Shown here: positions 9,939-18,139 of the stretch, piece by piece | Position numbering within the stretch: the first letter of the stretch is position 1 | Layout: every line of letters starts with the position of its first letter | From: Desulfobacterales bacterium | GTDB taxonomy: Bacteria; Desulfobacterota; Desulfobacteria; Desulfobacterales; UBA5616 | NCBI GenBank assembly: GCA_046483495.1 | Contig: JAWODC010000067.1 | Span: 64,001 to 128,000 of the forward strand | Direction of reading: 5' to 3' | Length of the DNA: 64,000 nucleotides | Made by a program: the position numbers and the translations under genes | Notes under the pieces: generated by a model | What the model was told of the DNA's origin: nothing | Databases searched by the model: none | What the model saw: only the letters and a program-made list of their open reading frames with translations

Positions 9939-10317
9939 CGCTTTATCCTCTAATTATAATGTTTCATTCTTACTCATAAAGCGCAGAATCAGGGGACGGT
10001 ATGGTCCGACAACCTAAACCGGCGCAGCACCCGGCTCAATGTGTTTATAAGGACTGTGCCGTAACCTTTTGTCATGTCCCGGTGGGGATTTTGCACACGG
10101 TACAAAACCACCGCTCATTTTGGGCGTTATAAACCAAACCCAATCAAAAGGTTTCCCGTAAAAGGTGGGAAAATAAAATTGAATTCCAGTGCCTGTCAAA
10201 AAAGCACCATTTTCGGGTCCGGACATGCGAAAATCCGAAAGCAACCGATTCCGGCGTCGGTTCGCCAAGTAGGAACTATTAAACCAAAAAAGCTGTGTTG
10301 AGTCAAATCGATAGACA

Positions 10318-10460
10318 GTGCCCATCCAGAAATGGCTAATTCGCTCCATTTCGGCGTTGGCCGGTAAATTTTAATCCTCAAAATACTCAATGTATTCCTG
10401 TGGTTAAAATTTACCGGCCGCCTTGAACGGAATCGAATTTTCTCATTTCCGGATGGGCAC
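10318..10460 (+). repeat. ~143-bp imperfect palindromic dispersed repeat (MITE-like or structured element), complete copy
   Basis: Terminal IR GTGCCCATCCAGAAATG / CATTTCCGGATGGGCAC; inner stem GGCCGGTAAATTTTAA / TTAAAATTTACCGGCC; four more copies in the window. Confidence 0.92.
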
Positions 10461-10549
10461 TGATAATATGGATAATATGTAGTCCATTACGAATCGTTAA
10501 AAGGCGGGGAAACGGAGGGCGGCAGCCCATCCTGCTTTAAAACAGGAAG

Positions 10550-11935
10550 TCACATGTCAATGCCGTATACCTTCATCTTGCTGAGTAAGGAAGGATGGCT
10601 GATTTCCAACAATTTCGACGCTTTGGTGCGATTGCCGGCGGTTGCCTCCAAGGCACGGTGAATCAGGCGCTTTTCGATTTCTTTCTGTGCCTCCTTAATG
10701 GAAAACCCTTCGAGAAAATCGTCGATCCGTTTGTTGCCCGCTTTAATGCCCAAGGTCTCCGGCAGGTATTCGGGCAGCAGGATATTTTTTTCACAGAGAA
10801 TGACGGCCCTTTCGATGACATTTTCCAGTTCGCGGACATTTCCGGGCCATGAATGTTTCATAAGACGGGCCATGGCGGAGGGCGAAATGACATCTATGGA
10901 CCTGCCGATATCTTTGTTGAACTTCCGAACGAAAAGGCGGGCCAAAACGGGGATATCCTCGGGACGCTCGCGCAGAGGGGGCAATGTGATCGACATTACG
11001 TTCAATCGATAATACAGGTCTTCTCTAAAGCGATGGTCGGCGATTTCTTCTTCCAGGTTTTTGGCGGTAGCGGCGATTACCCGGACATCGATCTTCTGAA
11101 ATTTGGCGTCTCCGACCGCCCTGACCTCCTTATCTTGAAGAACACGCAGGAGTTTGACCTGTAGAGAAAGGGGCATTTCCCCGATTTCATCGAGAAAAAT
11201 CGTTCCGCCGTCCGCTTCCTGAAACAGACCGGCTCTGTCGGAATGCGCGCCGGTAAAGGCCCCTTTTTTGTATCCGAACAGCTCACTTTCCAGCAGGCTT
11301 TCCGGGATGCCGCCGCAATTTACCGGTATAAACGGGTTGCCGGCACGGTTGCCGTTATGGTGAATCCCCCTGGCTATAAGATCTTTGCCGGTGCCGCTCT
11401 CGCCTGAAATCAGCACGGTCGTATTCAACTGGGCAAGTTTTCGGGAAAGGACAAAAACATTTTCCATTTGCTTGCTTTTGGCCACCATATTTCCGAACCG
11501 GTAATTTTCTTCAATCTGTTTTACGCGTTGTTTTAACTTTACATTTTCTTGGCGAAGGCTCTCTCTTTCTTCGGCCTTTTTTAAGGCCAATATGATTTCA
11601 TCGGCATTAAAAGGCTTCGATATGTAATCATAAGCTCCTAGCTTCATAGCGGAAATGGCTGTTTCAATCGTGCCGTACGCGGACATCATAATCACGGTAG
11701 TCCCGCCGATATGATCCTGTATCCGGTTTAAAAATTCCATACCGTCCATATTCGGCATAATGACATCACACAGTACAAAATCGTACGGCGTTTCGGTCAG
11801 TTTGCTGATTCCGGAGTGCCCGTCGGCGGCCGTACACACCTCGTATCCCGCTTTGGTCAGCAAGCGGGAAAGCATGTGCCGCATATTTTCCTCATCATCG
11901 ATGATGAGAATCCGATGGGGTGAGGCTTTTTTCAT
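10550..11935 (-). CDS. Sigma54-dependent response regulator (NtrC family)
   Basis: Receiver domain (IIDDE, CDVIMP, KPF), GESGTGKD, intact GAFTGA, FLDEIGE, WPGNVREL and Fis-type HTH. Confidence 0.95.
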   Translation of the reverse strand: MKKASPHRILIIDDEENMRHMLSRLLTKAGYEVCTAADGHSGISKLTETPYDFVLCDVIMPNMDGMEFLNRIQDHIGGTTVIMMSAYGTIETAISAMKLGAYDYISKPFNADEIILALKKAEERESLRQENVKLKQRVKQIEENYRFGNMVAKSKQMENVFVLSRKLAQLNTTVLISGESGTGKDLIARGIHHNGNRAGNPFIPVNCGGIPESLLESELFGYKKGAFTGAHSDRAGLFQEADGGTIFLDEIGEMPLSLQVKLLRVLQDKEVRAVGDAKFQKIDVRVIAATAKNLEEEIADHRFREDLYYRLNVMSITLPPLRERPEDIPVLARLFVRKFNKDIGRSIDVISPSAMARLMKHSWPGNVRELENVIERAVILCEKNILLPEYLPETLGIKAGNKRIDDFLEGFSIKEAQKEIEKRLIHRALEATAGNRTKASKLLEISHPSLLSKMKVYGIDM

Positions 11936-13487
11936 CGTGATTATCCTCCTCTTTCCGTGTTGAAATCAGCGGCAACCGGACCGTAATTTCTGCTCCCATC
12001 TCTTTTTTCCTGACAGCTTCCAGCCTTCCTCCTAAATTTTCGACCATCATATAACTTACCCACAATCCTAATCCCGTTCCCTTTCCCGGACTTTTTGTCG
12101 TAAAAAATGAATCGAAAATAGCATGTATATCGTGTTCGGAGATGCCGCAACCGTTGTCTTCGATGGTGACGACCACCCATTCTCTGCAGGACCTTTCGGC
12201 GCCGGGCCCTTCTTCATTCCTTGTGGTGATGCTGATTTTTCCCGTGTCCATCGGGCATGCGGCCGAAACGGCATCTGCGGCGTTGATCAGAAGGTTCAGC
12301 AAAATCTGCCTCAAGGTGCTTTCATCCCCCATGATCATGTCCCGAGGGGCATCAGCCGAAAAATCGATATCGATTTGCCGCATCAAGGGAAGGATCCGGG
12401 CTACATCCACCATGTCGCCGATGACGTGATGAACGGAAACCGGTTCGGATTTTTCCATCCCCGGTCTTGAAAAGTCAAGCAATTGCCGAATGATGGTGTT
12501 GATTCGGTTGATTTCCTGTTCCAGGCGATCGAGAAACTCCAATTTTTCCGATTCAGTGAAATCTTTCTGCTTCAGCAGATCGAGATACCCCAGAATAATG
12601 CCGAGGGGATTTCCGATCTCGTGGGCAATGCCGGAAGAAAGCCTGCCTACCGTTGCCGCTTTCTCACATCGAATCACTTCTCTCTGCGCCTGTTTTAATT
12701 CGGCATTGGCATTTTCCAGGGAACTAATGGTTTCGTTGAGCCTGGCTTTATCCGCCGATATGCGCAGAAGCATTCGATGCAAGGCGGCCGACAACCTCCC
12801 GAATTCATCGGTTCTCGAATCATCCAGAAAAACCGTTTCCTCATCTTCCCTGAACGTTTCAGCCCGTTTCAGAATGCGCTTGAGCGGATTGATCGTAATC
12901 CGCCGGATTTGAAAATAGCCGATGAGCGTCAGCAGCGCCAAATTGATGAACATATACGTCAACAGAACTTTCTGAATGTTTTGCAGCGGCTGATAGACCT
13001 GCTCCAAATGAAACACGATTCCCACTCCCCCGGAAGGCGGTGATCCGTCATTCAGCGGGTACGCCACAGCAAGGTATCGATGACGCTTCCAGAAAACGCC
13101 CCGTGTGGACCCGGTGAATCGGCGGATTTTCATGTTTTGTGCAATCGATTGATGCAGGAGGTGTTCTATCCCTGTGATATCGGGGCATAGGGCATTGGAA
13201 AAGACCGTCTTAACGTTTTCATTCATCAGCACCAGGCATTGCACCCCGGCTTCTCGGGAAAGCGCGATCATGTACTCTTCTGCAGTGCCGAAAGGCGTTG
13301 CCGGACCGATATCCCCGGACGGTCCGGCCTGCAGTGCCGAAAACAAGAGGTCGCCTTTGTCCGACAGGTTTTTGGTGACCAAGCTGGTAAAGCCGGTCAT
13401 CAGCACCAGATTCACCAGCAGCATCGCAACGGCGACCATAACCAGAATGGAAACGATGATGTTGAATTTCAACCCTTTGAAAAACAA
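11895..13487 (-). CDS. Membrane sensor histidine kinase (two TM segments, HAMP, HisKA, HATPase)
   Basis: AHEIGNPL H-box, NLLINAADA, DNGCGI, FFTTK and GTGLGL; probable TTG start at 13487 after AGAGGA; overlaps the regulator start. Confidence 0.92.
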   Translation of the reverse strand: MFFKGLKFNIIVSILVMVAVAMLLVNLVLMTGFTSLVTKNLSDKGDLLFSALQAGPSGDIGPATPFGTAEEYMIALSREAGVQCLVLMNENVKTVFSNALCPDITGIEHLLHQSIAQNMKIRRFTGSTRGVFWKRHRYLAVAYPLNDGSPPSGGVGIVFHLEQVYQPLQNIQKVLLTYMFINLALLTLIGYFQIRRITINPLKRILKRAETFREDEETVFLDDSRTDEFGRLSAALHRMLLRISADKARLNETISSLENANAELKQAQREVIRCEKAATVGRLSSGIAHEIGNPLGIILGYLDLLKQKDFTESEKLEFLDRLEQEINRINTIIRQLLDFSRPGMEKSEPVSVHHVIGDMVDVARILPLMRQIDIDFSADAPRDMIMGDESTLRQILLNLLINAADAVSAACPMDTGKISITTRNEEGPGAERSCREWVVVTIEDNGCGISEHDIHAIFDSFFTTKSPGKGTGLGLWVSYMMVENLGGRLEAVRKKEMGAEITVRLPLISTRKEEDNHDEKSLTPSDSHHR

Positions 13488-13609
13488 GATGCGTCCTCTC
13501 GAATAACCGCCCAACCGGAAGTGGCGTTCGTGCCGCACCGGCTCGTCGTGTCGGTTCTTTACATTCAGGGATTCGGCCCCGGATTTTCGAGAAAAAGGGC
13601 AATTTGCAT

Positions 13610-14896
13610 TTAAGATCGCTGTTCGATGGGAATATACGTCTTCTCCGGCGATCCTGTATAGACCTGGCGGGGCCGGCCGAGCTTCCATTGCGGGTCGTCA
13701 AACCCCTCTTTCCATTGGGCGATCCAACCGGGAAGTCTCCCAATGGCAAACATCACCGTAAACATGTTCGTCGGGATGCCGATGGCGCGCAGCACGATAC
13801 CGCTGTAAAAATCGATATTGGGATATAGATTGTGTTCAATAAAATACTCATCTTTCAGGGCGGCTTTTTCAAGCTCTACGGCCAGGTCAAGCAGCGGGTC
13901 CGATGTCTTTGTTTTTGCAAGAACTTTGTCGCACATGGTTTTCATGATCTTCGCACGGGGGTCATACGTCTTATAGACCCTATGGCCGAACCCCATCAAC
14001 CTGAACGGATCATGTTTGTCCTTGGCCCGGCGAATGAGATCATTCACTTTTCCGCCGCTGTCCCTCAAGTTTTGAAGCATTTCGATCACCGCCTGGTTGG
14101 CCCCGCCGTGCAACGGCCCCCATAGGGCGGCGATGCCTGCGGATATGGAGGCATACAGATTGGCCCGGCTGCTTCCCACCATTCGAACCGTGGCGGTCGA
14201 ACAGTTCTGTTCGTGGTCTGCATGAAGAATCCAAAATGTATTCAATGAGTTAACAACATCATTATCGATTTGATAAGACCTTACGGGGGAATCGAACATC
14301 ATGTTCAGAAAATTGGCGCAGTATGAAAGATCCGGTCTGGGGTAAACCACCTTGTGCCCTTTTGAAATTTTATAGGACAAGGCAGCCAGCGTACGGACTT
14401 TGGAAAGGAGCCGGGTGACCGTTAGGTTTATTTCTTCTTCGATGATCGGAAGCTCCGGGTAAAAGCTTCTCAAGGCCGTCACCATGGACGAAAGAATGCC
14501 CATTGGATGGGATGCCCTGGGGAAATTCTGGAAAAAAAACTGGAGATCTTCATGAACCAGTGACTGGTCATTTAATAGAACAGAAAAACGCGTGAGTTCG
14601 GAAGAGGTGGGAAGTCTGCCGTTTATCAAAAGGTACGCGGTTTCCACAAAGCTTGAATGTTCGGCCAATTGTTCGATCGGAATGCCACGATAGCGCAAAA
14701 TGCCTTTTTCACCATCCATGTACGTGATCTTGCTGGTGCAGCTGCCGGTATTGGCAAACCCCGGGTCCAGCGTTATCAGCCCGGTTTTTTTCCGCAGCTG
14801 CGAAATGTCGATCGCTTTTTCATTTTCAGATCCTCTGATGAGGGGAAATGTAAATGTTTTACCCCGGTAAGTCATCGTAACAAATTCTTCTTCCAT
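13610..14896 (-). CDS. gltA: Citrate synthase
   Basis: DPGF.NTGSC, HADHEQNCST, GPLHGGAN, LMGFGHRVY and YPNIDFYSG. Confidence 0.97.
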   Translation of the reverse strand: MEEEFVTMTYRGKTFTFPLIRGSENEKAIDISQLRKKTGLITLDPGFANTGSCTSKITYMDGEKGILRYRGIPIEQLAEHSSFVETAYLLINGRLPTSSELTRFSVLLNDQSLVHEDLQFFFQNFPRASHPMGILSSMVTALRSFYPELPIIEEEINLTVTRLLSKVRTLAALSYKISKGHKVVYPRPDLSYCANFLNMMFDSPVRSYQIDNDVVNSLNTFWILHADHEQNCSTATVRMVGSSRANLYASISAGIAALWGPLHGGANQAVIEMLQNLRDSGGKVNDLIRRAKDKHDPFRLMGFGHRVYKTYDPRAKIMKTMCDKVLAKTKTSDPLLDLAVELEKAALKDEYFIEHNLYPNIDFYSGIVLRAIGIPTNMFTVMFAIGRLPGWIAQWKEGFDDPQWKLGRPRQVYTGSPEKTYIPIEQRS

Positions 14897-14969
14897 TGCC
14901 GTTCTCCCGTTAGATGCCGGTTTTCAAAAAATCCTGCGGCATTTCGTTGCTGAAAACAAAAACTGATCA

Positions 14970-14998
14970 CTTATACCCAAAAAGAAGGAAGGGGTCAA
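14970..14998 (-). promoter_or_regulatory. Putative sigma70 promoter for gltA
   Basis: Minus strand TTGACC-N17-TATAAG about 75 nt upstream of the start. Confidence 0.5.
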
Positions 14999-15283
14999 GA
15001 AAGCCCCCTTAACGACCGGGTGAACTTCCATATTTACTTCTTATTGCGCATGTGATAAAAAAACAAATAAATTGCAATGGATACAGCCGTTTTTGAAAAA
15101 CTCTTTTGACGAAACGGTTTGCGAGCATCTGAAGACAGGGTTTTTCCTGTTTTATCCACACGCAAATGCACATCGATATGCCCTGTTTTTCTTTCAAAAT
15201 GACGCCGATGGCGGCCTGTGCCTTTGCCCCCGGCGTAATCGGGCGATTGACGACACCTTTAAACGGGAAGCATGGGGAAGGTC

Positions 15284-16090
15284 ATGACGTTTAAACAGAA
15301 TTTGTTGAAAAAAATAGAAATCGATCAGATGAGCCGCCATATTCTGAATACCATCGGGCCTTTCGAAAGCGGGCTGAAGCTGGATAAGGAAACCATGCGC
15401 CGGCTGTTGGAATTCGGCCGTTATGATTATCAGCATCAGCGTGATCTGGATTTATACATCGATGCAACAGACCCGGCAGCGAATTGGATACTGGTGTTGG
15501 ACAACGAGATCCCCATCTACCGCAGCACGATCAAAGATGTCGTCATGCGGAAAAGCCCGACCCTCAAGGAAATGTTGAGCATCCGCAACGCCGTTAAAAT
15601 TTTAAGCACATCGGATATTCTGGTGAGCAAAAAGGAAGATTCCGTAAAAATCGTTAGACGGAAATGCATCGATCTGCTGGATCTTTCGTTCGATCGTTCC
15701 GACATTTCCCAAATCGAAAACGAGGGAATCCAATCTCTGGAAAGGGATTATGCCGACGGCGTCCTGGAATCGCTTTTACTCTTCAGTGAATTGCTGGGAT
15801 ACGGCCCTGTGCCCAAAAAACTGGAACTGCCGCATCACGTCATATTCGGAATGCTCGACACAGGCGAAGCAGGCCTCCTTCGGCTGGGGCCGGTGGTTAT
15901 GTACAATAAAATCGAGGGTACACTGAAACTGAACCAGGATCGTTTCGAGGGCACTGAAAAAGAAATCGAATATGTCTTGGAAGAAGTTTCTTCCGGTCAT
16001 AAGGAGGCATCTTTCGAAGGGCCGGATGTTTTTAAACACCTTTCCGGGTCTGTGGAAATCCAGCCCCTAAACCTTGCCGATTCGTTTTAA
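15284..16090 (+). CDS. Hypothetical protein
   Basis: Long, protein-like ORF filling the gap; start 15272 or 15284; no family recognised. Confidence 0.75.
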   Translation: MTFKQNLLKKIEIDQMSRHILNTIGPFESGLKLDKETMRRLLEFGRYDYQHQRDLDLYIDATDPAANWILVLDNEIPIYRSTIKDVVMRKSPTLKEMLSIRNAVKILSTSDILVSKKEDSVKIVRRKCIDLLDLSFDRSDISQIENEGIQSLERDYADGVLESLLLFSELLGYGPVPKKLELPHHVIFGMLDTGEAGLLRLGPVVMYNKIEGTLKLNQDRFEGTEKEIEYVLEEVSSGHKEASFEGPDVFKHLSGSVEIQPLNLADSF

Positions 16091-16104
16091 ATCATGCCGT
16101 TTCT

Positions 16105-16521
16105 TTATTTCAGGCTTACCAAACGGATGGTTCTCTCGCTTACTCCGAGGTCTCTCATTTCATCGGGTCGAACCCAGCGTGCATCCACGGCATCGTCACC
16201 GGCCTTTATTTCTCCTGAAAGGTAATCAGCCGAAACATCCACGATAACGAAATGGTATTCAATCGCGGCGTTTTCATCACGTGATATCATATCGAAGACG
16301 TAGACAGGGTCCCCGGCCTTAACCGAAATGCCTGTTTCCTCCAGGACTTCCCGTTCCGCCGCTTCCTGCAGGGTTTCGCCAAGCTCCACTCGACCGCCTG
16401 GAACGGACCATATCCCTTTTGAGGGAGATTTCCCCCGCTTGATCAAAAGGATGCGATTATCCCTGCATACCAGCGCGCCTACAGCCACCCGCGGTGCATC
16501 CGGGTATCTCGATGTAGTCAT
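16105..16521 (-). CDS. NUDIX hydrolase
   Basis: Intact Nudix box GGRVELGETLQEAAEREVLEETGI; start overlaps the rsmA stop (ATGA). Confidence 0.92.
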   Translation of the reverse strand: MTTSRYPDAPRVAVGALVCRDNRILLIKRGKSPSKGIWSVPGGRVELGETLQEAAEREVLEETGISVKAGDPVYVFDMISRDENAAIEYHFVIVDVSADYLSGEIKAGDDAVDARWVRPDEMRDLGVSERTIRLVSLK

Positions 16522-17390
16522 TTTTGGTTTTTCTCCGGTAATAAGAAACAGATTTCACCGATGGTGTTGCTCAGCCGAACGAATTCCTGGATGGAAAGGG
16601 ATTCGGCTCTTCTTCCCGGATCGATTCCGGACCGCGTCAAGGCTGATGATGCGGCGGCGGGAGAAAGATGCAGTTCGCTTCCCGCCAGTGCGTTTTTCAA
16701 CGTCTTCCGGCGTTGACCGAACGCCGCCTTGATGACCCGGAAGAAAAACGCCTCATCATCCGCAGGAAAATCGGGCTCCTGCTTGAACTCGATGAGAAGA
16801 ACGGCGGAATCGATTGCCGGTTTGGGATAGAACCGGTCCGAGGACACTTGAAGCACCTTTTTTACGACCGCGCAATACTGAAGCATTACGGATATTCTGC
16901 CATAGGATCGACTCCCCGGTGGTTCGATTACCCGCTCCGCCAGTTCATCCTGAAGCATCACCACCGCCCTTGAAAGAACGCTGCGGGAGGCAACCAAACG
17001 AATCAGTATCTGGGAGGAAATATTGTAGGGAAGGTTTCCGGCGACAACGATGCCGCCCGGCTGGTTTTTAAACATCTTGGGTATATCGATGGAAAGAATA
17101 TTTTCAGTGAGAATATGGATATTGGTCAGCCGGTTCAGCAAGGTTTCCGTTTGCAGAAGTCCGGCAATGTCAGGGTCCTTTTCAACGGCATAAACCTGTT
17201 TTCCGGCTCTTGCCAGGGGAACCGTAAGGGCGCCCAATCCCGCCCCGATCTCGAGAATGGTGTCATCCGGTGAAATCCGGGTGTGACGAACGATCGCCTC
17301 GGCCGTTCGCGGGTCGGTTAGAAAATGCTGCCCCAAGGATTTGCTGGGTCTTAAATTCCAGGCTTTCAGTAATGTTTTTGGAGATGTCAT
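16518..17390 (-). CDS. rsmA: 16S rRNA adenine dimethyltransferase
   Basis: KSLGQHFL, LEIGAGLG, GNLPYNIS, FYPKPAIDS and FGQRRKTL; start trimmed to MTSPKTLL. Confidence 0.96.
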   Translation of the reverse strand: MTSPKTLLKAWNLRPSKSLGQHFLTDPRTAEAIVRHTRISPDDTILEIGAGLGALTVPLARAGKQVYAVEKDPDIAGLLQTETLLNRLTNIHILTENILSIDIPKMFKNQPGGIVVAGNLPYNISSQILIRLVASRSVLSRAVVMLQDELAERVIEPPGSRSYGRISVMLQYCAVVKKVLQVSSDRFYPKPAIDSAVLLIEFKQEPDFPADDEAFFFRVIKAAFGQRRKTLKNALAGSELHLSPAAASSALTRSGIDPGRRAESLSIQEFVRLSNTIGEICFLLPEKNQK

Positions 17391-17641
17391 AAAAAATGTT
17401 CTGCGGTGAACGGCCGTCGAGGAAACGGCTTGATCGGTATCCGAGGTCGGCGAATGGTCCAAACCGCTTTGCCCTTCGATATAAAGTCCGAAAGTTCAAT
17501 GATCATTCAAGCACAAACAAGCGCGGTGCGCAAAATGTTTTTTAAACAGACTCGATGCCGGCTGACGGGTATGCGCTTGATATTATTATCTGCAATGATG
17601 CAAGCCGTATTGTAGTGACGATGTTCATCCCGGTCTTTGTC

Positions 17642-17670
17642 TTGACTTTTCATATGTAATTCAATATGTT
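17642..17670 (+). promoter_or_regulatory. Putative sigma70 promoter
   Basis: TTGACT-N17-TATGTT in an AT-rich gap 70 nt upstream of the gene at 17741. Confidence 0.5.
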
Positions 17671-17740
17671 TAAATTTTTAAATAAATCTTAGGGTTATCT
17701 TTTTCGAAGAAGTTGAATCCTCAATTGTAGGGAGCCTGCC

Positions 17741-18118
17741 ATGACGCGAAAAAAAAGCAAGCCCGTGAGTTATGATGCGATGGTAAAATTCTTTATGCAG
17801 TATCATAACATCCCGACCAAAAAGGATATTGAAAAGCTTCAGGATCAACTTGACCGGATCGAGCAAATGATTAAAGGCCTTTTCGGGACCGGGGCACTGC
17901 AAAAAGGACTCGACGGACGTTCTTCCAGGGGCCGGAAAACGGGATCGAGCGCCGCGGATATGGTGCTGAAGGCCGTCCAATCCGCGGAAAACGGCATCGG
18001 TATTCCAGGAATTCAGAAAAAAACCGGATTTGATGAAAAAAAGCTTCGAAATATTATTTACCGGCTCAACAAAACAGGTAAAATACGAAGGAAAAGCCGG
18101 GGTATTTACACTGCTTGA
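17741..18118 (+). CDS. Basic hypothetical protein, N-terminal coiled coil plus probable C-terminal winged HTH
   Basis: IPTKKDIEKLQDQLDRIE; C-terminal GIPGIQKKTGFDEKKLRNIIYRL..GKIRRKSRGIY; GGAG RBS. Confidence 0.7.
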   Translation: MTRKKSKPVSYDAMVKFFMQYHNIPTKKDIEKLQDQLDRIEQMIKGLFGTGALQKGLDGRSSRGRKTGSSAADMVLKAVQSAENGIGIPGIQKKTGFDEKKLRNIIYRLNKTGKIRRKSRGIYTA

Positions 18119-18139
18119 ACCTTATCGGAAGGAATAACC

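Noticed and set aside
9939..10310. Possible lysine or c-di-GMP riboswitch upstream of the KamA-family gene
   Set aside because: Only weak hairpins are visible and I could not find the consensus motifs; an Rfam scan would settle it
10014..10390. Short ORFs overlapping the repeat (10014..10349, 10196..10390), plus similar ones near 60155 and the 42121 start extension
   Set aside because: They are translations of or into the non-coding repeat, with no protein features
17716..17724. AATCCTCAA match to the repeat core
   Set aside because: An isolated 9-mer with no arms or terminal repeats; probably chance
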